The notes beneath the pieces were generated by a model. The model was not told where the DNA came from, ran no database searches, and saw nothing but the letters and a program-made list of their open reading frames with translations. From assembly GCA_963777505.1 (NCBI GenBank), contig CAVZQN010000008.1, forward strand, positions 480,001-544,000: a stretch of 64,000 bases of DNA, in the 5' to 3' direction. Shown piece after piece: positions 1 through 11,697 of this stretch. This stretch comes from an uncultured bacterium. GTDB taxonomy: Bacteria > Acidobacteriota > HRBIN11 > JAKEFK01. How positions within the stretch are numbered: the stretch's first letter is position 1; each line of letters begins with the position of its first letter. Both the position numbers and the translations under genes were made by a program.

Positions 1-488
1 TTGTGTACACTTTCAAGAAATTCTCCTTTTGTTCTTTCACGAACATGTTTGATCAGGAGTTTTTCGTAGATTTCGGCGGCGCGTTCATAGTTCTGAACCT
101 GGTTGTAGTATTGTCCCGCTTTATCCAATTGATTCGCTTGCTCAGCCATCATCGCTGCTCTGGCGAAGTCGTTTGACTTTACTGCCATATCGGCAGCACG
201 CGCGAAATCTCCGGATTTCTCAAAAGTGAGACTTGCGTTTCTGAAGTCTTCTACACGGAGGTATAAAGTGGCCGCCTTGTCGAAGATGCTGGCTTGCGCA
301 TAATATTGGGCGGCTCGTCGTATATCGTCATTTTTCTCGAGCAGACGGGCTGCGACTGCATAGTGGCCACCTGTTGTATAACTATCGATGGCCGACTGAA
401 CATCGCCAGCCAGAGCGTAATAATCTCCGGCTTTTTGATAATCCCCCTCGTTTAGAGCCTTTCGAGCCTCTTTAAAATAGTCTGGCAT
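1..488 (-). CDS. TPR/SNAP-like helical repeat protein, N-terminal part (runs off the window start)
   Basis: Not in the ORF track. Manual translation from the ATG at 488: MPDYFKEARKALNEGDYQKAGDYYALAGDVQSAIDSYTTGGHYAVAARLLEKNDDIRRAAQYYAQASIFDKAATLY..., open to the edge, with ~13-aa (G/N)D/Y-x-x-AA-x-x-Y repeats. Confidence 0.75.
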   Translation of the reverse strand, partial: MPDYFKEARKALNEGDYQKAGDYYALAGDVQSAIDSYTTGGHYAVAARLLEKNDDIRRAAQYYAQASIFDKAATLYLRVEDFRNASLTFEKSGDFARAADMAVKSNDFARAAMMAEQANQLDKAGQYYNQVQNYERAAEIYEKLLIKHVRERTKGEFLESVH

Positions 489-658
489 TGCTAGCTAACC
501 TGAGTATGATACCAGACATTCCTCCCCCATGGCACCCGATTAAATCACGATTCGGCAATGACACAGATTCTGAGGAATAGGATGACGAAGGGGTGCAGGG
601 GAGAAAAGAAGCCGATAACATAATGGCGTAATTATCATTATGGGCTAAGCTTAATTTT

Positions 659-3281
659 ATGGCACCGAAGACTGAACTTCAGATAGATGGACGAGCCCTC
701 ATGGTTTCAAACCTGGATAAGGTTTTGTTCCCTGATGGATTCACAAAAGGTCAAGTAATCGATTATTACATCCGAATCTCTCCTGTACTTCTTCCGCACC
801 TGAAGGATAGACCCCTTACGATGATCCGTTTTCCAGACGGAGTCAAAGCAATGCATTTTTATGAAAAAGATGCACCAAAACATACACCGGATTGGATTAA
901 ACGAGCGCCGGTCGAACGAAGAGGTGGTGGCAAACCAATTCATTATCTGTTGATTAATGATCTTCCCTCTTTAGTTTGGTCAGCCAATCTTGCAAATCTT
1001 GAAATGCATACACTGCTTGCACGTGCGCCGCGAATTGATCAGCCAACGATGGTTGTTTTTGATCTGGATCCAGGACCGCCTGCAACTGCAATTGAATGTT
1101 GCCAGGTGGCATTCTGGTTAAAAGAAATTTTTGATGGTTTAAAGCTAAAAAGCTTCGCAAAATTCTCAGGCTCAAAAGGAATACAGGTTTACGTTCCATT
1201 AAACACATCAGTCACCTATGAAAAGACTTCATCATTTGCGAAAGCCATTGCAGACTTCTTGCATGAAAGTCATCCTGAAGTTGTCGTATCAGAAATGGCG
1301 AAAAAAGTCCGAGGTGGAAAAGTTTTTATTGATTGGAGTCAAAATACGGATTCGAAAACCACTGTTTGTGTGTATGCATTACGCACTAAACATGACAGCC
1401 CTTATGTTTCAGTTCCGTTTTCATGGGATGAGTTAGAAAAGCTATTTAAGAAAGGTGATGCAAATAATTTTTTGATCGGGCCTGACAAAGTACTCGAACG
1501 CATTGATCGTTTTGGAGATTTGTTTGGACCGTTAAACACGCTCAAACAGAAACATTCCGCCAGATTATTTGAAAAAAATTGAAGCACCACGATCAAAAAT
1601 TACAACGAAAAAAGGACGTACACCCGGCAGCGCCGGAACTACGTTGAAAGAATACAACCGCAAGCGTGATTTCAAAGTGACTGCAGAACCTCCCGGTGAA
1701 GTCGTTGATAAAGATGGAAAAGATGCTTCAAACAATATGTATGTTATTCAAAAACATGAGGCGACTCGTCTTCATTATGATTTTCGCCTTGAGATGCAAG
1801 GCGTTTTACGTTCCTGGGCTGTCCCAAAAGGAATCCCAACACAGTCCGGCGACAAACGACTTGCAATGCATGTTGAAGATCATCCAATGGAATATGCACG
1901 CTTTGAAGGAACAATCCCCAAAGGCAGCTATGGCGGCGGAACAGTAATGGTTTGGGACATTGGAACATATAACATCATGGAACCCAATCCGGTTGCCGCT
2001 TATTACTCCGGAAAACTTCATCTCTTTCTAGATGGAAAAAAATTAAAGGGCGAATGGATTCTTGTGCGTACTTCAAGAGGAGACGGCAAGGAGTGGCTTC
2101 TGATGAAGAAGGGAAATACAACCAAACCCATCTCAGTTAAGTCGGACGATACTTCCGTGCTCACAGGCAGATCGATGAAAAAAATAGCATCAGACAATGA
2201 TGCGCAATGGATCAGCAATCGACCACCTAAAGAAGACACTCCAAGAAATCGATTGAAGGCAAAACTTGCAAAAGATTCATCGAATTTCACCTCAGTATTG
2301 AAAAATCTTCCATCCGGAAAACCTAAATTCGTAGAACCGATGTTGAGCAAGCCTGTAAACAAACTTCCTGAAGGCAGACAGTGGATTTACGAAATAAAAT
2401 TCGACGGTTATCGAGCGGAAGCAATTCGCAATGGAAAAACTTTCGATCTTATCTCACGCAATGCAAAAAATCTGAAGCAAAAATATCCTGAAGTTGTTGA
2501 GAGCCTCAAAAGTCTAACCGATAAAGACTGCGTGATCGATGGTGAAGTTGTAGCGCTCGATGAAAATGGTGTTCCATCGTTTCAAATGCTGCAGAATTTG
2601 AACAAGACAGGCGATCGGCCGCTGCACTTTTTTGCGTTCGATCTCCTACACTACAACGGTAAAGACTTATCGAACCTTCCCCTGTTTCAGCGAAAGGAAA
2701 TTCTTCAAGCATTGTTAGAATCCTCAGATGGAGTGTTTTCATTTTCTGCCGGATTTGAAGGCGATGCTGAAATTCTTGAACAAGAAGTTCGCAAAAAAGG
2801 GCTGGAAGGGATTATCGCCAAGAGTAAAGAATCAAAGTATGAACCCGGGAAACGAACAGGTGCCTGGGTAAAATACAAAACAGAAGCAGGACAGGAGTTT
2901 GTGATCGGTGGATATAAGCCATCCGAACGAAGCAAAGGTCTTGATTCCATTCTCGCTGGATATTATGAAAACGATCAACTAATGTATGCGGGTTCAGTTC
3001 GTGCCGGATTCACCCCTCATACAAGAAAAGAAGTTGAATCCGTATTGAAAAAGTTGGTAACAAAGAAGTGTCCTTTTGCAAATTTACCGGAGGAATCAAC
3101 CGGACGCTGGGGTGAAGGACTTACTGCAGAAGACATGAAAAAATGTATTTGGGTAAAACCAAAAGTTGTTTGCAGGATCGATTTTGTAGAATGGACAGAC
3201 GCCAGTCATCTGCGGCATGCAAAATTTGCAGGATTGGTTTTTGATAAAGACCCGCTCGAAGTAGTTCGCGAAAACTCCTGA
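659..3281 (+). CDS. ligD: NHEJ DNA ligase D, polymerase - 3'-phosphoesterase - ATP-dependent ligase order; split into two ORFs by a 1-nt insertion near 1554
   Basis: Pol domain (NLDKVLFP, RFPDG, FDLDPG, SGSKGIQVYVPL, KVFIDWSQN), PE domain (EYNRKRDF, QKHEATRLHYDFRLE, SWAVPKG, EDHP), ligase domain (EIKFDGYR, DGEVV, EGIIAK, WVKYK, LRHA). Deleting one base at 1553/1554 gives LKQK(L/I)PPDYLKKIE and fuses ORFs 659-1582 and 1569-3281. Confidence 0.9.
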
Positions 3282-3925
3282 TGTTTGAATTCGTTCTCAT
3301 CATCCTTTCTGTTGTGGGATTCCTGTCCTTCGTTTTGTGGCACGCACGGCGGCAGAGTATCGTTAACATTCCAGCTCGAAATCGCCATTTCGGACTCCTG
3401 GGTAGACAACTGAATTTGAAGTCAGCTGGCGATGACTACTTTCTTCAACTTGAGGGAGTGTGGAACGGAATTTCGATTCTTATTTATCCGCACAATTTTG
3501 AAGGGCCAGGTTTAATTACAATATTTTATGCAGATACAGGAATCCCTTATGTCGAACGCAGCTGGGTTGAACCTTTTTTAAGCCTGGGACGTGCACTTGT
3601 TGAAAACAAAAGGGGATACAAATTTCAATTTGAATTTGTTGGTAATCCTGAATTGAAAGCCTATTCAATTGTGGAAGTATTGGAACGGTATCGCAATCAA
3701 TATCCATATCTTGCCATCACGTTACCCGAACGTTTCGCATATTCACAACACGTTTTAGCATCTCTTGGCGAATCAAAAAACTATATTGCTTTACTTGTTA
3801 TGGATTCTGGGAGACGTCCAACATTGGATGAAATGAAAGATGCATTGGATGCAGTTACGGATATCGCAGCCGCTGTAAAATCTGCTTTAGGGCAAAAGGA
3901 AAAAGAAACTGCAGAGGCGGAATAA
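3281..3925 (+). CDS. Hypothetical protein with an N-terminal transmembrane anchor
   Basis: 214-aa ORF overlapping the ligD stop (TGATG); hydrophobic N-terminus FVLIILSVVGFLSFVLW. Confidence 0.7.
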   Translation: MFEFVLIILSVVGFLSFVLWHARRQSIVNIPARNRHFGLLGRQLNLKSAGDDYFLQLEGVWNGISILIYPHNFEGPGLITIFYADTGIPYVERSWVEPFLSLGRALVENKRGYKFQFEFVGNPELKAYSIVEVLERYRNQYPYLAITLPERFAYSQHVLASLGESKNYIALLVMDSGRRPTLDEMKDALDAVTDIAAAVKSALGQKEKETAEAE

Positions 3926-4046
3926 ATCCGCCCCCACAGTGTGGTTGTGTAGCCAGAAGCTACAGAAAATTGAATCAGACAATGATTAGACCTTTGATGT
4001 GATGAATGGTTGGTAGTGGATTTAACCGCGAAGACGCAGATTTCTT

Positions 4047-6041
4047 TTAACGGACTTCGGCAGAAGAACCTTCGATCTTTTTCCAGGGTTCTACTTTTCC
4101 GCCCAAACACTTCCCTAAAAATTCTTCAGCACGTCCATAAAAATCGAACATATTTTCTGGGCGTTCGAAACCGTGACCTTCGTCTGGATACACAACAAAA
4201 GTAACGGGCAAATTTTTCTCGCGCATCGCTTTTACAATTGCTTCAGACTCACTGAGCTTTACGCGTGGATCGTTCACACCATGTCCGATCAAAAGTGGCA
4301 CGCGAATCTTGTCAACATGAAACAAAGGCGAAATACGATGATTCAAAGCATCATCTTTTTCCACATCACCAATGCGCCTGATCCAACGCGCTTTTACTGG
4401 TTTCCAATATTCAGGAAAAGATTGGAGAAGAGATCGTACGTTAGCTGGGCCAACTACATCGATTGCGCAGGTATACAATTCAGGGGTGAATGTGATTCCT
4501 GCAAGCGTTGCATACCCACCATAGGATCCGCCGAAGATTGCAATCCGTTTTGGATCAGCAATACCTTGATCAATCGCCCATTGAACAGAATCAGTAATAT
4601 CATTCTGCATTTTGCGTCCCCATTCACCGTTGGACGCATTTAAGAACTTTTTTCCGTATCCAGTTGATCCCCTGAAGTTGACGCACAAAACAGCATAACC
4701 ACGACTCGCTAACCATTGCATTTCCCGGTTGAATCCCCAATTATCACGATGCCAGGGTCCACCATGGGGGTTGATGACTAAAGGCAGATTCTTTTTACCT
4801 TCCTGCGGCAGCGTTAAATAGCCAACGAGTGTTAATCCGTCTCTCGACTTGATTTCAACTGGCTCCATTTTCGCAAGACTGTAATTTTTTAGAGCAGAAT
4901 ATTTATCAAACAAGAATTCTAATTTCTTAGTCGAACGATCGTACAAGTAATATGCTCCCGGCGCGACATCTGACTCGAATAAAACGATCCATTTGTTTCG
5001 TGAAAGATCAATACTTTCAATAAATGGAAATCCCTCATGTTCTTTTTGAATCAATGAAATATCTTTCTCGAATTCAGGGTTGAGGAATTTATACCTGGGT
5101 TGATCGTAACTAAAAACTACTGCGTCAACATGACCTTTTTTGTAAATCATTTCTACAGCGGCAATGTCTGTGCCATCAGCAGCATCATAAGTCCAGATAT
5201 CGGCTTTCGGATCTTCAGCCATAACGACGATCGCCTCGCGAGTTCGCAAAGGAACTTTCTCCAAACGCAACGTATCGGAATTCAGCGAAGAAGTTACATA
5301 GATATGATTTCCTTCCGGCGTAAAACCTACCGTCATACTATTGCCATTAAACTGCCCTAGCATGTTGCTGTCTTCAAATGGCCAGGTTATTAAATCTCGC
5401 CATGGCTTATCAACACCGTCCCGCACCCGGAGAATCGTGCGCTGATCAGACGGACTGAAGACTGTTGCAGCGCGAATCACAAAATTGAAATCAGTCATCC
5501 ATCCAATTACATCTCCAGGATTTTGAGTATCTAATTTGCTTTTCCCTGTTTTCAGATTGATGCGATGCATATCAAACACTTTGGGATCGCGAATATTTAA
5601 CCCAACGAGAACTTCATCCGGATAATCAGGATCCTTCCGTAGGGCTTGTGCTTTACTTCCTTTGAATGGTGTTAAATCGCGCACTACTCCCGATTTAACG
5701 TCCGAAGCGAAAAGATGCTTATTCTCATCACCGAACTCATCCTGAAAGTAAAGGATGTGTTCATTGTTGTAAGCCCAGGTGTAAAAATAAATTCCCTGTT
5801 TTTCATCGTTTGTGATCATGCGATCATCATTTTTGCCAATCGTATTAATCCAAACGTTTGATACTCCGGATTTAGAAGGAGCGAGATAAGAAAGCATTGT
5901 TCCATCAGGTGAGATCTGAGGCTGATCTTTAACCGGGTTACCGAAAATAATCTCACGCGGTATTAACGAATTCTTCTCTCCAGAAAAAGTTATCAGTGGC
6001 ATTGCAAAGATGAGAATTGTAGCGACAAATATGTAATTCAT
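4047..6041 (-). CDS. S9 family (prolyl oligopeptidase / acylaminoacyl) peptidase, secreted
   Basis: 664 aa, signal peptide, PHGGPW, NFRGSTGYG, nucleophile motif GGSYGGY, NDPRV (Asp), DEGHGF (His). Confidence 0.93.
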   Translation of the reverse strand: MNYIFVATILIFAMPLITFSGEKNSLIPREIIFGNPVKDQPQISPDGTMLSYLAPSKSGVSNVWINTIGKNDDRMITNDEKQGIYFYTWAYNNEHILYFQDEFGDENKHLFASDVKSGVVRDLTPFKGSKAQALRKDPDYPDEVLVGLNIRDPKVFDMHRINLKTGKSKLDTQNPGDVIGWMTDFNFVIRAATVFSPSDQRTILRVRDGVDKPWRDLITWPFEDSNMLGQFNGNSMTVGFTPEGNHIYVTSSLNSDTLRLEKVPLRTREAIVVMAEDPKADIWTYDAADGTDIAAVEMIYKKGHVDAVVFSYDQPRYKFLNPEFEKDISLIQKEHEGFPFIESIDLSRNKWIVLFESDVAPGAYYLYDRSTKKLEFLFDKYSALKNYSLAKMEPVEIKSRDGLTLVGYLTLPQEGKKNLPLVINPHGGPWHRDNWGFNREMQWLASRGYAVLCVNFRGSTGYGKKFLNASNGEWGRKMQNDITDSVQWAIDQGIADPKRIAIFGGSYGGYATLAGITFTPELYTCAIDVVGPANVRSLLQSFPEYWKPVKARWIRRIGDVEKDDALNHRISPLFHVDKIRVPLLIGHGVNDPRVKLSESEAIVKAMREKNLPVTFVVYPDEGHGFERPENMFDFYGRAEEFLGKCLGGKVEPWKKIEGSSAEVR

Positions 6042-6094
6042 AGTTGACCTTCGTCTTCGTGACTTTGCGGTTTATATTTACGGTAGAATTTACT

Positions 6095-6481
6095 ATGGCT
6101 TTTTATAATGTCCCAGTCAATCTGCCGCATGCAGCAACTCTCGCAAATAGAATTGAACTGCGTCTGGCAGCATTGCAAGTGCTCGAGCGTCCGGAGGCTG
6201 AACAACTTCTTATGTTAATTGAGGCGTTGCAGGAAAAAATTGGGAAATACGAAGGAGCCAATGACCCTTCTGATGAGGAGACTCGTGTAGTTGTTGAAGA
6301 GTCGGCTGTAATTGCAAGACAGATTGTTGACGAAATTGAACAATTACAGGTTGGTGAAGATAGGCTGGGTCAATTGATTCGCAACTTATTTGAATGTATG
6401 GGCCTTGGCAAAGAAGGTGCTGAAATTTCGCTTCGCGCCGGCGAAAATCCTGGCTCACTTTTGCGACCTATGGAAGATTAG
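6095..6481 (+). CDS. Hypothetical acidic helical protein
   Basis: ATG at 6095 (MAFYNVPVNLPHAATLANRIEL...) within ORF 6044-6481; fills the gap between flanking genes. Confidence 0.65.
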   Translation: MAFYNVPVNLPHAATLANRIELRLAALQVLERPEAEQLLMLIEALQEKIGKYEGANDPSDEETRVVVEESAVIARQIVDEIEQLQVGEDRLGQLIRNLFECMGLGKEGAEISLRAGENPGSLLRPMED

Positions 6482-7998
6482 TGGGGATCCTGCACATTAG
6501 CCGGCAAAACAACTTCGAAAGTTGATCCAACGCTGAATTCACTCGTAACTAATATTGTTCCGCCCATCATCTGACAATATTTATGACTGATCGCTAAACC
6601 TAATCCTGTACCACCAAACTTTCGTGTTGATGATCCATCAGCCTGAGTAAAGGCTCTAAATATTTTCTTCATTTGATCAGAGGTCATGCCTATTCCAGAA
6701 TCATGTACCTGGAAAAACAATGTATCCGCTTCATCGACCCTGAGTCGTTTTACATCAAGCGTAACCAATCCTTCTTGCGTAAATTTAGCCGCATTACTAA
6801 GCACATGCAGCAAAATCTGTCTTACCATTGTAAGATCAGCACGCATCGTTCCAAGATCTTCTGTTTTCTTGAATTCAAAAGCATTCCTGTTCTTTTCCAT
6901 AAGCGGCTGAACAACAGCGATGACTTCATCCAGGATGTCGGTAACATGAAATGTATCTAGAGTAATTTCCATTTTCCCGGCTTCCAGTTTGGAAAGATCG
7001 AGTATCTCGCTGATCATTCCAAGCAAATGTTTTCCCGCTGCGTTGACCTTTTCAACATCCGGAAGTAACTCTGGTTCAATTTTTTCTAACTCCTCTTTCA
7101 ACATTTCACTGTACCCGATGATCGCATTCAACGGTGTCCGCAATTCATGACTCATGCTTGCAAGAAACTGACTTTTGGCAAGGCTTGCTTCAGCAAGCTC
7201 ATTCGTACGAACAGATAGCTTTTGGTTGGCGGCTGATAATTCCCTGGTCATCGTTGTCAGTTTTGTGTTAATCGAAATTAGATCGCGTGTACGTTCAGCA
7301 AGTTCCAAAGTTTTTTCTTTTGCTCTACGCTCAAGACTATCGCGAAGCGAATCGAATTCTGCATAAAAACGTGGGACACGTGACGCTAGCGTTAAAGTAA
7401 ACACATAAATCTGCATCGCAAGCCCATATGGAAAAACGACAACAGAAGAAAGCCACTTCCTTCCTATCGCAAAATCAACAATATAGGTAACTGCCATCCC
7501 AAGCATTCCTGCCGCTATGTAACGAGATTCTGTATGACCTACTAATGCCTGGCGAGCAATTAAAACAAAAAAGAACGTGCCCAGGATGACTGTTACGACA
7601 TTCCACGTCACCATGACTCTAAGATCCAGCGAAGGTGTTAGAAGAGTTAGCACTGCCAGAATCATTTGTAGAACTTGATAACCACGAATCAGTGGATGAA
7701 TCCTGCGAGGAAGATAGGGTGATAGAAACTGAACGTACAATGCAGAAGTAGAAAAGATTGCTAGATTTTCAAGCTCATTATGAATGACAGGATCATTTCC
7801 GAAAATCTTGCGCCATGGTGATAGCATGAAAATATAAAAAGCCGCACTGATGGAAAGTGGTGCAAGCCATAAATATTCTTTAAGCTCACGGCGTGGCCTA
7901 TATAAATGAAGCTCGTAGATCCCCAAAAATGCAACGACAACAGCCGTTATTAATAAACCGAGTCCGGGTAGGAGTGGTGGAGTAAGGCTGTCAGGCAT
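6478..7998 (-). CDS. Membrane sensor histidine kinase (multi-TM N-terminus, HisKA + HATPase)
   Basis: H-box FLASMSHELRTPLNAIIGYSEML, N-box NAAKFT, DSGIGM, F-box FTQAD, GGTGLGLAIS; about 7 hydrophobic segments at the N-terminus. Confidence 0.92.
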   Translation of the reverse strand: MPDSLTPPLLPGLGLLITAVVVAFLGIYELHLYRPRRELKEYLWLAPLSISAAFYIFMLSPWRKIFGNDPVIHNELENLAIFSTSALYVQFLSPYLPRRIHPLIRGYQVLQMILAVLTLLTPSLDLRVMVTWNVVTVILGTFFFVLIARQALVGHTESRYIAAGMLGMAVTYIVDFAIGRKWLSSVVVFPYGLAMQIYVFTLTLASRVPRFYAEFDSLRDSLERRAKEKTLELAERTRDLISINTKLTTMTRELSAANQKLSVRTNELAEASLAKSQFLASMSHELRTPLNAIIGYSEMLKEELEKIEPELLPDVEKVNAAGKHLLGMISEILDLSKLEAGKMEITLDTFHVTDILDEVIAVVQPLMEKNRNAFEFKKTEDLGTMRADLTMVRQILLHVLSNAAKFTQEGLVTLDVKRLRVDEADTLFFQVHDSGIGMTSDQMKKIFRAFTQADGSSTRKFGGTGLGLAISHKYCQMMGGTILVTSEFSVGSTFEVVLPANVQDPH

Positions 7999-8052
7999 TG
8001 CTTGGGACCGGCGTTTGTGGCACCGCCTATTTTTGCATAGAGTCCGAAAACA

Positions 8053-8133
8053 TGGTAGCGGCGGCCCTTGTGGCCGCCCGGCGAATTTAGCTCACGAACA
8101 AACGACGGGCGACCATAAGGGTCGCCCCTACCA
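8053..8133. repeat. GTAG-family REP doublet (inverted pair, BIME-like)
   Basis: GTAGCGGCGGCCCTTGTGGCCGCCC (8055-8079) and its inverted partner GGGCGACCATAAGGGTCGCCCCTAC (8107-8131); each has an internal palindrome and the GTAG foot. Confidence 0.85.
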
Positions 8134-8189
8134 CCGATTTCAATTATTAGGTTTGAAACATTTGTTGAATAGAATAGTAGCGAGGCAAT

Positions 8190-8564
8190 ATGTCAAAACC
8201 ATGGATTGGATTATTTTTGGGTGCATTTCTCGGAATGCTCGATGGTATTTCATCATTCTTTTATCCTGATCTTACTGGAGAGGTCATTCTCATCGTTGCT
8301 TTTTCAACATTGAAAGGCCTTATCACAGGATTCGTCGCCGGTCTTGTCGCACGTAAGTGGAACTCACTTCCGGTGGGTATCGCTACAGGACTATTCGTCG
8401 GTTTGTTACTCGCGTACGTTGCCTCTATAGGCACCAGCTATTTTGTGGAAATAATGTTACCGGGAAGCATTTTAGGCGTTATTGTAGGATTTGCTACACA
8501 AAGATTAGGGAGAGTCGATCCCAAGAAAAATCTATCGTTCCGAGAGTCTCCAGCAAATAATTAG
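8190..8564 (+). CDS. Small Gly-rich 4-TM membrane protein
   Basis: 124 aa, RBS GAGG, four hydrophobic GxxxG-rich helices. Confidence 0.75.
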   Translation: MSKPWIGLFLGAFLGMLDGISSFFYPDLTGEVILIVAFSTLKGLITGFVAGLVARKWNSLPVGIATGLFVGLLLAYVASIGTSYFVEIMLPGSILGVIVGFATQRLGRVDPKKNLSFRESPANN

Positions 8565-8960
8565 ATAAACAATACCGAGAACTAATTCAATTGCAGCAAA
8601 CGGTAGCAACATATTTAACAAAGAATAGTTAAATACGTACAAAACCATCATCGTTCCGAATAGTAATCTTCCGAGACTATCTACGAAAATAAAAGGCAGA
8701 AATCGAACTGGTTCGCGCGCGCTATACAGTAAAGCCGCACCCAGTATCATTGCACCGGCTCCGAAGCCATGAATCAAAAGCAGATGAGCAGGGTTTTGCG
8801 GAAACGGAAGAACTCCTGTGCGCGAAAAAATTGTCCTCTCCATCCAGAGCGCTGCCTGGAAAAATCCGGCGAGTAAACGATTGTTAAAAAAAATAATACC
8901 CATTACGAAATTGAAGACTCCCCCTATCTGAAGTGATAAACGGATCCACCGTGGGGCCAT
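8532..8960 (-). CDS. Hypothetical membrane protein (about 4 TM)
   Basis: 142-aa hydrophobic ORF converging on the previous gene. Confidence 0.7.
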   Translation of the reverse strand: MAPRWIRLSLQIGGVFNFVMGIIFFNNRLLAGFFQAALWMERTIFSRTGVLPFPQNPAHLLLIHGFGAGAMILGAALLYSAREPVRFLPFIFVDSLGRLLFGTMMVLYVFNYSLLNMLLPFAAIELVLGIVYLIICWRLSER

Positions 8961-9041
8961 GGCGTAACATCTTACACCAGAGAAATATCCTTTTCACTCC
9001 TGCGCTTTTTTGATACCATCCGTGCAGGAGCCTCGCCCATC

Positions 9042-9335
9042 ATGAAAGCAGCGATTGTGACTTATGTCGTCAAGAAAGGTCGTGAAACGGAGTTTAAAAA
9101 AGCGCTGCGGCGGCACTGGAAAGTTTTACGCAGCGAAAATCTAACGACAGATCAACTTCCATTCCTTCTGAAAGATCTCGAAAGTCCAATGGTCTATAAG
9201 GAAATTTTTGAATGGAAGAGCAAATCATCTTTCCAAAAAGCACACGAATCAAAGAAAGTTCAAAAAATCTGGCAGCAGTTGATTAAGCTAACAATTGAAG
9301 GTGGAATCGAACGAGCATTCTTCAATCGTATTTAG
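9042..9335 (+). CDS. Small basic protein, probable dimeric alpha/beta-barrel (ABM-like) fold
   Basis: RBS AGGAG; pattern YxVKKGRETEF...Y.EIFEW.S...AH resembles ABM-type domains. Confidence 0.6.
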   Translation: MKAAIVTYVVKKGRETEFKKALRRHWKVLRSENLTTDQLPFLLKDLESPMVYKEIFEWKSKSSFQKAHESKKVQKIWQQLIKLTIEGGIERAFFNRI

Positions 9336-9339
9336 TTTT

Positions 9340-11694
<2,355 letters not shown>

Positions 11695-11697
11695 AAT

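Noticed and set aside
518-605. Imperfect long-range stem (CTCCCC..GCACCC / GGGTGC.GGGGAG) upstream of ligD
   Set aside because: Short, interrupted and single-copy in the window; not enough to call an RNA or repeat.
3930-3966. Small hairpins CACAGTGTG and TGTAGC-CAGAA-GCTACA after ORF 3281-3925
   Set aside because: Possible terminator, but there is no clear U-tract on the plus strand and the stems are weak.
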